This document shows positions 74,124-84,271 of a stretch of 248,000 bases of DNA, one piece after another (position 1 is the first letter of the stretch; every line of letters begins with the position of its first letter). Location: positions 764,001 through 1,012,000 of the forward strand of contig NZ_JMCB01000006.1 of NCBI RefSeq assembly GCF_000737315.1. The letters are read 5' to 3'. The notes under the pieces are model-generated. The model ran no database searches, was not told where the DNA came from, and worked only from the letters and a program-made list of their open reading frames with translations. This stretch comes from Hyalangium minutum. Lineage in GTDB: Bacteria; Myxococcota; Myxococcia; Myxococcales; Myxococcaceae. Made by a program: the position numbers and the translations under genes.

Positions 74124-75779
74124 ATGAGCGAGGGAAGCTTTGCCGATGCCTCCACCATCGGCATCAAGAAGCGGAACAGCAGCGAGCCGGTGGCCCGGCT
74201 GGTTCCGGCGCTGACCCTCGTCTCCCACCCCATGGCCCACCGGGTGGGCGAGCGGCTGCTGATGGAGGGCGTGCTGTCGGGCCGGCCCGTGGAGCTGTCC
74301 CGGAATGCGCCGGACTTCCAGCGCCCGGACGCGGTGCTCGGCACGCCCCTGGCGGATCCGTTCCTGAGCCGCAAGCCGGTGGTGTTCTCGCAGGGCTCCG
74401 GGGGCGGCGTCCGGCTGGCGCCTGGGGATGGCATCAAGGTGGCGCTGGCGGGCGAGCCGCTGCGCGAGCCGTGGGAGTTCTCGCCCGAGGAGCTGTCGGT
74501 AGGCGTGGTGCTCGAGCTGGCCGAGCGCGTGGTGGTGCTGCTGCACTGGGCGGACCCTTCCACGCGCACGGCGGTGGATGCGCTGGGCATGGTGGGCACC
74601 AGCGCGGGCATCGAGCAGGTGCGCCACCACATTGAACAGGTGGCGGACCTGAACGTGCCGGTGCTCGTGCGCGGGGAGACGGGCTCGGGCAAGGAGCTGA
74701 TCGCCCGAGGCATCCACCAGCGCAGCCAGCGCCGCGACCAGGCCTTCGTGAGCGTGAACATGGGCGCCATTCCCAAGGAGCTGGCGCCCGCGGAGCTGTT
74801 CGGCGCGACGAAGGGCGCCTTCACGGGCTCGGTGAAGGACCGCGAGGGCTTCTTCGGGGCCGCGCATGACGGCTCGCTCTTCCTGGACGAGGTGGGCGAG
74901 GCGCCGCCCGAGGTGCAGGTCATGCTGCTCCGGGTGCTGGAGACGGGCGAAATCTTCCCAGTGGGCGAGCGCACGCCGGTGAAGGTGGACGTGCGGCTCA
75001 TCGCGGCGACGGACGCGCAGCTGGAGCAGCAAATCCAGGACGGGCGCTTCAAGGCGCCGCTGCTGCACCGCCTTGCGGGCTACGAGATTCGCGTGCCTCC
75101 ACTGCGGGAGCGGCGCGAGGACATTGGCCTGCTCTTCCACCACTTCGCGCGCGAGGAGCTGGAGGCCATTGGCGAGGCGTGGCGGCTGAAGCCGGAGGAC
75201 GCCTCCACCGAGCCCTGGCTGCCCGCGCCGCTGGCCTCGCGGCTGGTGCGCTTCGGGTGGCCCGGCAACATCCGCCAGCTTCGCAACATCACGCGCCAGC
75301 TCATCATCGGCAGCCGGGGGCACCCCCGGCTGCGGCTGGACCCCCGGCTGGAGAAGGAGCTGGATTCGTCCCTGCAGCCCCGGCCTGGGCGCCCTGTCGC
75401 GCCCGCGGCGCCAGACGTGCGAGTGGAGGCGAAGCCTCCCACCGCCGCCGCGAAGCCGCCGGCCGAGCCCAAGTCCTCCGCCGCCCGCCGCAAGGCCTCG
75501 GACATCTCCGAGACGGAGCTGCTCGCCGCGCTCCGGGGGTGCGCGTGGGATTTGAAGGCCGCCGCGGACCGGCTCGGCGTTCCCCGCTCCTCCATCTATG
75601 ACTTGATCGACAAGAGCCCCCACATCCGCACCGCCGGAGACTTGTCCGTGGAGGAAATCACCCGCTGCTTTCAGGAGTGCACGGGGGACCTGGACGCCAT
75701 GGCGCAGCGCCTCGAGGTCTCCAAGCGGGCCCTGGGCCGCCGCATCAAAGAGCTGGGGCTCGGCTCGGGCGAGAGCTGA
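74124..75779 (+). CDS. sigma54 enhancer-binding protein without a REC domain
   Basis: GETGSGKE, GAFTGS, FLDEVGE, WPGNIRQL. Confidence 0.92.
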   Translation: MSEGSFADASTIGIKKRNSSEPVARLVPALTLVSHPMAHRVGERLLMEGVLSGRPVELSRNAPDFQRPDAVLGTPLADPFLSRKPVVFSQGSGGGVRLAPGDGIKVALAGEPLREPWEFSPEELSVGVVLELAERVVVLLHWADPSTRTAVDALGMVGTSAGIEQVRHHIEQVADLNVPVLVRGETGSGKELIARGIHQRSQRRDQAFVSVNMGAIPKELAPAELFGATKGAFTGSVKDREGFFGAAHDGSLFLDEVGEAPPEVQVMLLRVLETGEIFPVGERTPVKVDVRLIAATDAQLEQQIQDGRFKAPLLHRLAGYEIRVPPLRERREDIGLLFHHFAREELEAIGEAWRLKPEDASTEPWLPAPLASRLVRFGWPGNIRQLRNITRQLIIGSRGHPRLRLDPRLEKELDSSLQPRPGRPVAPAAPDVRVEAKPPTAAAKPPAEPKSSAARRKASDISETELLAALRGCAWDLKAAADRLGVPRSSIYDLIDKSPHIRTAGDLSVEEITRCFQECTGDLDAMAQRLEVSKRALGRRIKELGLGSGES

Positions 75780-75796
75780 TCCACCGGGTCGCCGCT

Positions 75797-75846
75797 GTGT
75801 CGGACGCCCGTCCGACGTGTCGGGCAGGCCGTCCGACGTGTCGAAC
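75797..75846. promoter_or_regulatory. tandem palindromic enhancer sites
   Basis: GTCGGAC-N4-GTCCGAC, GTCGGGC-N5-GTCCGAC and a partial third unit. Confidence 0.65.
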
Positions 75847-75925
75847 GGCGCGAGAAGGGCCCTGTTTTATACCAGACAACCCTGACAGAGCGGCAAAAAA
75901 GGCCGTACTTCCGGGTATTTGGGCG

Positions 75926-75941
75926 TGGCACCGCGATTGCT
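75926..75941 (+). promoter_or_regulatory. sigma54 -24/-12 promoter
   Basis: TGGCAC-CGCGA-TTGCT, consensus spacing. Confidence 0.8.
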
Positions 75942-75983
75942 GTAGCCTGCCGCACACAATCTCTAACGGCAGGGGGAAGCACC

Positions 75984-76100
75984 ATGGCGGACAAGAACGA
76001 CAACACGACGCAGACGGGTGACACGAGCGGCTCGGGCACCACCACCTCGAGTGCGGGTGGCACGAGCAAGGGCGGCGAGGTTCCTGTCGTTCCGGGCTAG
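75984..76100 (+). CDS. 38-aa Ser/Thr/Gly-rich peptide
   Basis: AGGGGGA RBS; MADKNDNTTQTGDTSGSGTTTSSAGGTSKGGEVPVVPG; not in the ORF track. Confidence 0.7.
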   Translation: MADKNDNTTQTGDTSGSGTTTSSAGGTSKGGEVPVVPG

Positions 76101-76169
76101 GGCTTCCAGCGCCGGTTCACGCGGGAGGACTCGCGCGGCCGGCGCCTGCTGAAGGTTGCAGTCAGGCAG

Positions 76170-79100
76170 TCATTGGTTGGAAGCGTGCTCTGCACGCAGC
76201 CTCAGCGCCTCTGGGTGCTTGGGGCAGGACTTGAGCACTTCTTCCACCAAGGCGAGGCCGCGTTCCAGCTGGGGGGCTGGGACGCGGCCCGCTTTCTTTT
76301 CCGCCAAGGCCCACGCGAGGTGCAGTGAGGCGGACGCCAGGCGCGTGTCGTGCTGCGAGGGATCCAACTGCAGGGCCTGCTCGAAGTCCTTGGCCGCCTC
76401 CGCGAAGTCTTCCACTCGGGACTGAGCCTTTCGCGCCTTCCACTGCAACTGCAGCGCGTGGGTTTCTCCCAGGTAGCCCCAGGCCTCGGAGGCCCGGGGG
76501 TTGTGGCGCAGCGCCTCGCGCAGCTCCCTCTCGGAGCGCTGCAGGGTGGCGCTCGGGTCGCGGCCCCGCGCCAGCTCGTACTCCGCCAGCGTCCGCAGCG
76601 CCCTGCCCAGGTTCGTCCGGGGGAGGAAGTCACCCGGGGATTGCTGGAGCGCCTTCTCGAAGGAGGCCACCGCCTCGCGCACGTTGGGGGCAGGGTCCTC
76701 GCCGCGGGCGCCTCGGTACAGGGCGCGCAGGGCGTGCACCTGGCCCAGGTTGTTGTAGCTGTGGGCCTGCTTGCGGGCCAGCTCCAGGGCTCGCTCGAAG
76801 GCGGCCTGGGCCTCGTCGAGCAGCGGCAGCGGATCCCCTCCGTGCTTCAAGCGCTGCTCGGCCTGGTTGAGCAGCACCGTGCCCACGCCGGACTGCAGGT
76901 GCTGGCTGCGCCCGTTGACGGTGAGCCCCCGCTGATAGATTTCCAGCGCTTGCGCCAACAGGGTCTGCGAATCATCCAAGCACTGGTGCCGGTCCGCCAG
77001 CTGCTCCAGGGCGTCTCCGGCGTTGAAGTACGTGACCCAGTTCTTGGGGTTGAGCTCGATGGCCCGGCGGCTCGCCTCCCAGGATTGCTTGAGGTCCTCT
77101 TCGGGGCGTGAGGGCGTGCCCTGCGTGCCTTCGGGGCTGTCTGCGGGCTGCAAGGCCCGGTTGAGGTAGGCCCGGCCCAGGTTGGTCCACGCATCCGCCA
77201 GCCGCGGATCCAGCCGCGTGGCTTGCTGGAGCGCCTCGATGGCCTGGTTGCGGTGCGCGTCCGCGCGGATGCCGACGTCGTCCTCGCAGGCGCTCCAGAG
77301 CGAGAAGATGGAGCCCAGGATGGTGTGGAATTCGTAGTCACGGTCCGCCGGGGGGATGGCCTGTAGGGCCTGCTCGGCCTGGCGCAGCGACTCGAAGGGG
77401 TCCTGGCCGCGGTTGCGGCGGAAGCGCGCGAGCTGCTGGAAGGTGCGAGCCAGCTCCAGCTGCACCTCCCGGGCGGGGTGCCCCCGCTGGAGCGCCATGC
77501 GCGCCGCTTCCATGGCCGCGGTGAGGTTGGCCTCGGCGTCCTCGAAGCTGTTGTTCTGGCTCTCGGCGAGCCGGCGGTGGAAGCGCGCCTTCAGCATCAA
77601 CGGCATGGGCTCCTCCGGCGCGGCCTGGAGCGCGCGTGTGACGGCCGCCATGCCTCGGGTGAAGGCGGGGAGCACGTCGCCCTCGCTGTAGACTTCGACG
77701 ATCATCGCGTTGGCCTCGAGCTTGGCCAGGGCCTGGTGGACAGCGGGCACGCTCTCGCCAATGGCGGCGGCGGCGGCGTAGGCGCGGCGGCCCGCCTCGA
77801 AGTCGGCGCGAGCGCCCTCGAGGTCTCCCTGCTTCAGGTTCCAGCGCCGCATGGCCCGGGCCTGGAGGATGTCGCCGCGCAGCTGGGGCGCCTCGTAGAA
77901 CCAGGGCAGGCGGTTGCCCATGGCGTCCAGCCGCGCCAGGGCGGCGTCGAAGTCGTCCTCATAGAAAGCAATGAGGGCGGCCACGTATTCGGAAGAGGGC
78001 ACATCCGCGCCCTGGCTGCGGCGCAGCCAGTCCAGCGCTGGGTCCCGGTAGCGGGCCTGGATGTCGCGCCGGCGCTCTTCGATGCTGCGCAGGCGCTCGG
78101 CCTCCAGCAGCTCGTCCTGGTAGCGGCGGCCGAGCACGATCGCGAGCGCGTAGGCCACGCGCGGATCCTTGAAGCCGCTCTGCCACGCAAGCTCCAGGTG
78201 CGTGCGCGCGGCGTCCTCGTCTCCGAGCGCCAGAGCGCCGCGCGCCAGGGCGTAGTGGCCCGGGCCCACTGCCAGCGCTCCGGCCTCGCGGATCTGCCCC
78301 TCCAGCTCGGCCATGCGGTCGCGGATCTTCTGGCGGTCCTCGCGCGTGTCGTGGAGCGGAGACAGGCCCGAGTAGCGGGCCAGGGCTTCAATGTGTTCGA
78401 CTTTCTCGGTGAAGCTGCGGGCGAGCTGCTCGCGGCGGGTGGCCTGCGAGTGGGTGTAGAGGGCCGAGCCCAGCGCGAGCGTGACGGCCAGCAGGGCGGC
78501 GGCGGCCACGCTCACCACGAGCCGGTGCTTGAGCGCCTTCTTGCGCAGCCGGTACCAGAGGCCGGTGGAGCGGGCCTGCACGGGCTCGCCGGCGAGGAAG
78601 CGGTCCAGGTCCTCAATGAGCGCGCGCGCCGAGTCGTAGCGGGCGGAGCGGTCCTTCTCCAGACACTTGAGGACGATGGCCTCGAGGTCCGTGGGGACGT
78701 TGGGGTTCAGGGTGCGCGGAGGGGTGGGCTCCACGGTGGCGATGTTGTTGAGCACCTCGAGCCCATTGGCGCCGGGGATGGCCTGGTGGCCGGTGAGCAG
78801 GAAGTAGAGCGTGGCGCCGAGGCTGTAGACGTCCGCGCGTCGATCCAAGCCCTCCACCTGGCCGCGGGCCTGCTCGGGGGCCATGTAGTGCGGCGTTCCC
78901 ACCGCGGAGCCCGAGCTGATGCTCTCCTTCTCGCTCCAGTCATGTGCGAGACCGAAGTCCATGACGAAGGGCTTGAGGCGCCCATCGTCCGTGCGCTCCA
79001 CGAGGATGTTGGAGGGCTTCAAGTCCCGGTGGATGAGGCCGGCGCGGTGGGCGGCGTGGACGCCCTCGGAGGCCTCGCGCAGCACGAGCACCTGCTGCTC

Positions 79101-79733
79101 CACGGTGAGCTTGAGCTCGCTGGCGAGCCGGTCCAGGGGGAGCCCGTCCACGAACTGCATGGCGATGTAGGGCTTGCCTTGAACCTCGCCCACCTCGTGG
79201 ACCTGGCAGACGCGCTCGTGCTCCACGCGGGCCTGGGCGCGGGCCTCGGACATGAGGCGGCGCACGAGCACCTCGTCATCGCCGCGCACGAACTTGAGGG
79301 CGACGTTGCGGCGCAGGCTCCGGTCATACGCGAGGAAGACGCGGCCCATGCCGCCCTGGCCGAGGAAGCGCACGCCCTCGTAGCGCTCCCAGCCGGGGAC
79401 GGGGAACTGCGGGTCGGCCTTGTCGCGATCCGCCAGCGTGAGGGCGGGGCCCAGCGTCTCGGCGCCGCCGGTGCCCGCCGCGCGGGGGACAAAGGTCTCG
79501 TCTACGTCTGCCTTGCGCAGCTCGGCGAGGGACTCATCCGAGAGGAGGCCGCGCGCCTGGAGGAGGGCGAGGGGGCCCTTGCCGGAGCGGAGGGACTCCT
79601 CGCGCAGCGGCTCCACCTCCTCGCGCGTGATGAGGCCCTCGGCCAGGGCCATGCGCAGCTCGGCCTCAAGGTCATCGTGCATCAGGGCGGGCTCCGAGGG
79701 TGGGCTCGGGGAGGGGGGCGCGAGAGGGGACAC
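76170..79733 (-). CDS. membrane Ser/Thr kinase with long TPR region
   Basis: GQGGMG, HRDLKPSN, DFG, YMAPE; TM helix; TPR repeats. Confidence 0.92.
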   Translation of the reverse strand: MSPLAPPSPSPPSEPALMHDDLEAELRMALAEGLITREEVEPLREESLRSGKGPLALLQARGLLSDESLAELRKADVDETFVPRAAGTGGAETLGPALTLADRDKADPQFPVPGWERYEGVRFLGQGGMGRVFLAYDRSLRRNVALKFVRGDDEVLVRRLMSEARAQARVEHERVCQVHEVGEVQGKPYIAMQFVDGLPLDRLASELKLTVEQQVLVLREASEGVHAAHRAGLIHRDLKPSNILVERTDDGRLKPFVMDFGLAHDWSEKESISSGSAVGTPHYMAPEQARGQVEGLDRRADVYSLGATLYFLLTGHQAIPGANGLEVLNNIATVEPTPPRTLNPNVPTDLEAIVLKCLEKDRSARYDSARALIEDLDRFLAGEPVQARSTGLWYRLRKKALKHRLVVSVAAAALLAVTLALGSALYTHSQATRREQLARSFTEKVEHIEALARYSGLSPLHDTREDRQKIRDRMAELEGQIREAGALAVGPGHYALARGALALGDEDAARTHLELAWQSGFKDPRVAYALAIVLGRRYQDELLEAERLRSIEERRRDIQARYRDPALDWLRRSQGADVPSSEYVAALIAFYEDDFDAALARLDAMGNRLPWFYEAPQLRGDILQARAMRRWNLKQGDLEGARADFEAGRRAYAAAAAIGESVPAVHQALAKLEANAMIVEVYSEGDVLPAFTRGMAAVTRALQAAPEEPMPLMLKARFHRRLAESQNNSFEDAEANLTAAMEAARMALQRGHPAREVQLELARTFQQLARFRRNRGQDPFESLRQAEQALQAIPPADRDYEFHTILGSIFSLWSACEDDVGIRADAHRNQAIEALQQATRLDPRLADAWTNLGRAYLNRALQPADSPEGTQGTPSRPEEDLKQSWEASRRAIELNPKNWVTYFNAGDALEQLADRHQCLDDSQTLLAQALEIYQRGLTVNGRSQHLQSGVGTVLLNQAEQRLKHGGDPLPLLDEAQAAFERALELARKQAHSYNNLGQVHALRALYRGARGEDPAPNVREAVASFEKALQQSPGDFLPRTNLGRALRTLAEYELARGRDPSATLQRSERELREALRHNPRASEAWGYLGETHALQLQWKARKAQSRVEDFAEAAKDFEQALQLDPSQHDTRLASASLHLAWALAEKKAGRVPAPQLERGLALVEEVLKSCPKHPEALRLRAEHASNQ

Positions 79734-79801
79734 ACGCCCAGCCAGGTCGGCGGGGCAGGGCGTGAGCTATTGTAGATTCACCCGAGGCGCAAGCGGGAGG
79801 G

Positions 79802-80884
79802 TCATACCCTCGAGGCCTGGATGCGCACGGGGATGCGCCGGCGTCCGAACGCGCCCGGAGCCGTGTCGAAGCGGCCGGGCACCCGAGCCCCGCAGTCCGG
79901 GCACTTGCCATCGGCCGTCACCCGGTACTCGAGAAGCTGGTACCAGTCGCGGACGATGAGCGAGGCCCCGCAGCCGCCGCACGAGGTGGTGTCCCCTTCG
80001 ATGTCATGCACGTTGCCGGTGTAGACGTGGTGCAGCCCTGCCCGCTTGGCAATCTGCCGGGCGCGCGTCAGGGTCGCGGGCGGAGTGGGGGGCACATCCA
80101 TCATCTTGAAGTCCGGGTGGAAGGCCGAGAAGTGCACTGGCACGTCCGGACCCAGCTTGGAGACGACCCACTCGGACAGCTGCGACAGCTCCGCGTCCGA
80201 GTCGTTCTGACCCGGGATGAGCAGCGTCGTGATTTCGAACCACACGCGCGTCTCGTGCTTCAAGTACTCCAGCGTCTCCAGGATGGGCTGCAGCTTGGAG
80301 AAGGTAACGCGGTGGTAGAAGTCCTCCGTGAAGGCCTTCAGGTCCACGTTGGCCGCGTCCATCTTCGCGTAGAAGTCACGCCGGGGCTCGGCGTGCATGT
80401 AGCCCGCAGTCACTGCCACGGTCTGGATACCCCGCGCGTGGCAGGCGTCCGCCACGTCCATGGCGTACTCGGCGAAGATGACCGGGTCGTTGTAGGTGAA
80501 CGCCACGCTCTTGCAGCCCAGGCGCTGGGCCTCTTGGGCGATGGCCTCGGGCGAGGCCTGATCCATGAGCCGGTCCTGCTCGCGGGACTTGGAGATGTCC
80601 CAGTTTTGGCAGAAGCGGCATCCCAGGTTGCACCCCGCCGTGCCGAACGAGAGCACGCTGCTGCCTGGGTAGAAGTGGTTGAGCGGCTTCTTCTCGATGG
80701 GGTCCACGCAGAACCCGGACGAGCGCCCATACGTGGTGAGCACCATCTGGTCCCCCGCCCGCTGGCGCACGAAGCAGAAGCCCCGCTGGCCCTCGTTCAG
80801 CTTGCAGTCGCGAGGACACAGGTCGCACTGGATGCGCCCGTCCTCGAGCCGGTGCCACCACCGTCCTGGATATTCGAGGCTCAT
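79802..80884 (-). CDS. amrS: AmmeMemoRadiSam radical SAM enzyme
   Basis: DPIEKKPLNH, CNLGCRFCQN. Confidence 0.88.
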   Translation of the reverse strand: MSLEYPGRWWHRLEDGRIQCDLCPRDCKLNEGQRGFCFVRQRAGDQMVLTTYGRSSGFCVDPIEKKPLNHFYPGSSVLSFGTAGCNLGCRFCQNWDISKSREQDRLMDQASPEAIAQEAQRLGCKSVAFTYNDPVIFAEYAMDVADACHARGIQTVAVTAGYMHAEPRRDFYAKMDAANVDLKAFTEDFYHRVTFSKLQPILETLEYLKHETRVWFEITTLLIPGQNDSDAELSQLSEWVVSKLGPDVPVHFSAFHPDFKMMDVPPTPPATLTRARQIAKRAGLHHVYTGNVHDIEGDTTSCGGCGASLIVRDWYQLLEYRVTADGKCPDCGARVPGRFDTAPGAFGRRRIPVRIQASRV

Positions 80885-81009
80885 GATCGGCTCGTTCCCC
80901 CCCAAACCCAATCCATATCGGAGCCTGGACCCTGGCGCACGGGCTTGGCGGGTCCCCTGCGCACGGGCCGTGCCTCCGGCTGGACCCCCGGGGAGCGTAG
81001 ACTGCGCGC

Positions 81010-82272
81010 ATGTCCAAGACCGACACGCGCTCCGCCGACCCGTGCCCGCACCTGGGCCGCGAGTACAACCACTTCGCCGGTCCCCACCTCCAGAACCCAG
81101 CACCGTTCTTCGAGCGGCTCCGGAAGGAGGCGCCCGTCACCTTCAACCCCATGCTGGGCATGTGGCTGATCAGCCGCTACGACGACATCGCCGCGGTGCT
81201 GAACAACGCCTCCGCCTACTCCTCGGCGAGCGCGGTCGCCTCCACGGAGAAGCTGACACCCGAGGCCCAGGCCATCCTCGGGCCCGGCCCCATCATCCAC
81301 GACAGCCCACTCAACATGGATCCGCCGGCCCACACCCGGCTCAAGCGCCTGCTGCAGCGCGGGTTCACGCCCGCGAAGATCGCCCGCCTGGAGCCGCGCA
81401 TCCGGCAGTTCGCCAACGCGCTCATCGACAGCTTCATCCACGAGGGCCGGGTCAACCTCGTGGAGCGCTTCGCCTCGCCGCTGCCGGTGCAGGTCATCCT
81501 GAGCATGGTGGGCGTGCCGCAGGAGGACATGGAGCGAGTGAAGAACTGGTCCACCGCGCTGTTCGGGCTCGTGTTCGCCCAGATTCCTCCCGAGCTGCAG
81601 CCCACCCTGGCGCGCGGCGTGGTCGAGTACCGGCACTACTGCACCCAGCTCATCGAACAGCGGCGGCGCCAGCCCCAGGAGGACCTCACGAGCGACCTCA
81701 TCGCCGCCGAGCCCGATGGTGAGGCGCTGACGATGGACGAGCTCATCTCGCTCATCGGCGGCTCGCTGCTCGCGGCAGGCCATGAGACGACGACGGCGCA
81801 GATTGCGTTGTCCGTGAAGAACCTGCTGGAGCAGCCGGAGCGCTGGCAGAGGCTGCGCGAGGACCGCTCGCTCATCCCCAAGGCCGTGGAGGAGTGCATG
81901 AGGCTGGAGGGCGTGGCACCCGGCATGACGCGCACGGCCCTCCAGGACGTGGTGGTGGGCGGGGTGTCCTTGCCCAAGGGCTCGCGCCTGCTGCTGCTCT
82001 ACGGCTCCGCCAACCACGACGAGGCGCACTACCCGGATCCGGAGCGCTTCGACCTGGAGCGCGAGGGCCCGCAGCACCTCACCTTCGGCCGCGGCATCCA
82101 CTTCTGTCTGGGCGCGCAGCTGGCCCGGCTGGAGCTTCGCGTCGCGCTCGAGCAGCTCCTGGAGCGCATCCCCGAGCTGCGCCTCGTCCCGGGCCAGGAC
82201 TCCGGGTACCAGCAGGACCTGCTGATCCTCCGAGCCATCCGCCAGCTCCAGGTGGAGTGGCCCGTCCGCTGA
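81010..82272 (+). CDS. cytochrome P450
   Basis: AGHETT, EECMR, FGRGIHFCLG. Confidence 0.95.
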   Translation: MSKTDTRSADPCPHLGREYNHFAGPHLQNPAPFFERLRKEAPVTFNPMLGMWLISRYDDIAAVLNNASAYSSASAVASTEKLTPEAQAILGPGPIIHDSPLNMDPPAHTRLKRLLQRGFTPAKIARLEPRIRQFANALIDSFIHEGRVNLVERFASPLPVQVILSMVGVPQEDMERVKNWSTALFGLVFAQIPPELQPTLARGVVEYRHYCTQLIEQRRRQPQEDLTSDLIAAEPDGEALTMDELISLIGGSLLAAGHETTTAQIALSVKNLLEQPERWQRLREDRSLIPKAVEECMRLEGVAPGMTRTALQDVVVGGVSLPKGSRLLLLYGSANHDEAHYPDPERFDLEREGPQHLTFGRGIHFCLGAQLARLELRVALEQLLERIPELRLVPGQDSGYQQDLLILRAIRQLQVEWPVR

Positions 82273-82287
82273 GCCCTCGCCCGAGGT

Positions 82288-82929
82288 TCAGGCGCCGTAC
82301 GAGGGGAGGAGCAGATCCCGCCGCCACTCGCTGAGCCGGTAGTACTCTTCCTCGGGCCACGTGCCCAGGTGCACCATGACGATGCCTCCGTCCGAGGCCG
82401 TCAGGCTCGCATCCACGTGGACGCTCGGCTCCACCACGGTGTCCGGCGGATCCACGTAGCCCTCCTGGTGCTCCAGCTCCAGGGAGGTGAGCCGCGCGCC
82501 TGGGAACTCGGCGAGGCAGGCCCCGAGGAACTCGTGCGGGGCACGGTACGGCGGCGGCGCGCCGATGTGCATGCCCCACGGATCCATCAGGCGCAGCTGC
82601 GTGGTGGTGCGCACCCAGGCCAGCGTGGCTCGCTCGTGCATGGCGCCCACGTGATCCACCGCCTGGGCATGGCGCATGCCGTCCTGGCCGCGCATGTGCA
82701 GGGTGTAGTGAGGGCGATCTCCCGGCCACCACCAGCTCAGCTCGAAGCGATCGCCCGGCCCTGACTCGTCGGGAGGAAAGAGCGCCTCCAGGTGCAGCAG
82801 GAATTGCTCCTCGGAGAGGCTCAGCCGGTGCTCGCGCAGGGAGTGCCAGTCCGTGCGGGCGAAATGAACCACCCGTGCGCGGTAGGCACGCGGGTCCAGA
82901 CTCAGAAGGTCTACCCAGTCGTCACTCAT
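82288..82929 (-). CDS. hypothetical protein
   Basis: GC3-biased ORF. Confidence 0.55.
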   Translation of the reverse strand: MSDDWVDLLSLDPRAYRARVVHFARTDWHSLREHRLSLSEEQFLLHLEALFPPDESGPGDRFELSWWWPGDRPHYTLHMRGQDGMRHAQAVDHVGAMHERATLAWVRTTTQLRLMDPWGMHIGAPPPYRAPHEFLGACLAEFPGARLTSLELEHQEGYVDPPDTVVEPSVHVDASLTASDGGIVMVHLGTWPEEEYYRLSEWRRDLLLPSYGA

Positions 82930-83160
82930 CGGGCATCCCCAGCCTACTCCTTCAGCCTGAAGAAGTGTTCGCCTGAAGAAGGGCGCCTCGGAAACGGCCC
83001 CTGACAAAGGCTGACCAGCAGGGGGGGACGAAAGGCGAAGGAAGGCACGTCCTGGAGGCTCGTCGAGGAGGCGGGCAGCCGAGCCGTCGGTGAGGGCCAC
83101 ACTGTTTCCGGCTGCGCTCGCGCCCCATCCTGGTGTGTGGACGAGCCAGGTGGAGGCGGA

Positions 83161-84156
83161 ATGGGGCGCGAGGAGCTGCGGGGCAAGGTCGCCATCGTCA
83201 CGGGGGCTTCCAGCGGTGTGGGCTGGCAGAGCGCGGTGCGCTTGGCGGAGCAGGGCGTGCGGCTGTGCGTCACCGCCCGGCGTCTCGAGGCGCTCGAGAA
83301 CCTTCAGGCCCAGGTGCTGCGACAGGGCGGCGAGTGCCTGGTGGCGCCGGGAGACGTGACGGTGCAGCAGGACGTGGACCGCGTGGTGCGCGCCTGCATC
83401 GAGTTCTACGGCCGGGTGGATCTGCTGGTGAACGTGGCGGCGGTGCAGTCGTACGGGTTCTTCGATGACCTGCCGTGGGAGCACCTGGAGCGCACCTTTG
83501 ACGTGAATTGCTTCGGGTACATGCGCTTCGCGCGTGCGGTGCTGCCGCACTTCCGAGCCCAGCGCAGCGGCCACGTCCTCAATGTCCAGTCCATGCTCTC
83601 CAAGGGCGGCGCGCCGCTGCTGGCCTCGTACGCGGCGTCCAAGCACGCCACGCTCGGCTGGGCGGAGTGCCTGGAGCTGGAGCTGCGCGGCACGGGCATC
83701 CACGTCTCCAATGTGCTGGTGCCCTCGGTGGCCACGCCGATGTTCGATCACGCGCCCACCCAGTTCCACCTGGCGCCGATGCCGGTGCCGCCCACCTATG
83801 AGCCAGACGTGGCGGCGCGCGCGGTGGTGAGGTGCGCCCGGCGGCCGGGGCGGACCGTGGTGCCCGTGTTCCTCCAGGGCAGGCTCATCCTCTGGATGGA
83901 CCGGTGGGTGCCGCGGGTGGGCAAGTGGCTGCTAGGAAACTTCGGCGTGCGGATGCAGATGCGCGAGAAGCCCGTGGAGCGGACCGAGGGCAACCTCTTC
84001 CACCCGGTGCGGCAGGGCGTGGGGCCTCACGGCAGCGTGCCGCCCACGCCTCGGTGGAAGCGCTTCACGGCCACCGCGGGCCTTGTGGCGCTGGCCGGTG
84101 GAGCGCTCAGCGGCGTGGCGCTCGGGGCCCGAGGGCTGGCGCGGGCCGTGCGGTGA
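83161..84156 (+). CDS. SDR family oxidoreductase
   Basis: TGASSGVG, YAASK. Confidence 0.92.
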   Translation: MGREELRGKVAIVTGASSGVGWQSAVRLAEQGVRLCVTARRLEALENLQAQVLRQGGECLVAPGDVTVQQDVDRVVRACIEFYGRVDLLVNVAAVQSYGFFDDLPWEHLERTFDVNCFGYMRFARAVLPHFRAQRSGHVLNVQSMLSKGGAPLLASYAASKHATLGWAECLELELRGTGIHVSNVLVPSVATPMFDHAPTQFHLAPMPVPPTYEPDVAARAVVRCARRPGRTVVPVFLQGRLILWMDRWVPRVGKWLLGNFGVRMQMREKPVERTEGNLFHPVRQGVGPHGSVPPTPRWKRFTATAGLVALAGGALSGVALGARGLARAVR

Positions 84157-84271
84157 GAACCTGAGAGGTCGCAGGGGGGCGGAGTGCTCAGGAGGGTTGA
84201 GTCTCCTCCGCAGATGCGCGAGAAGTCTGCTGTCGGGGCGTGACCCCTGAACGAGCAGGACCTCGGCCTCC

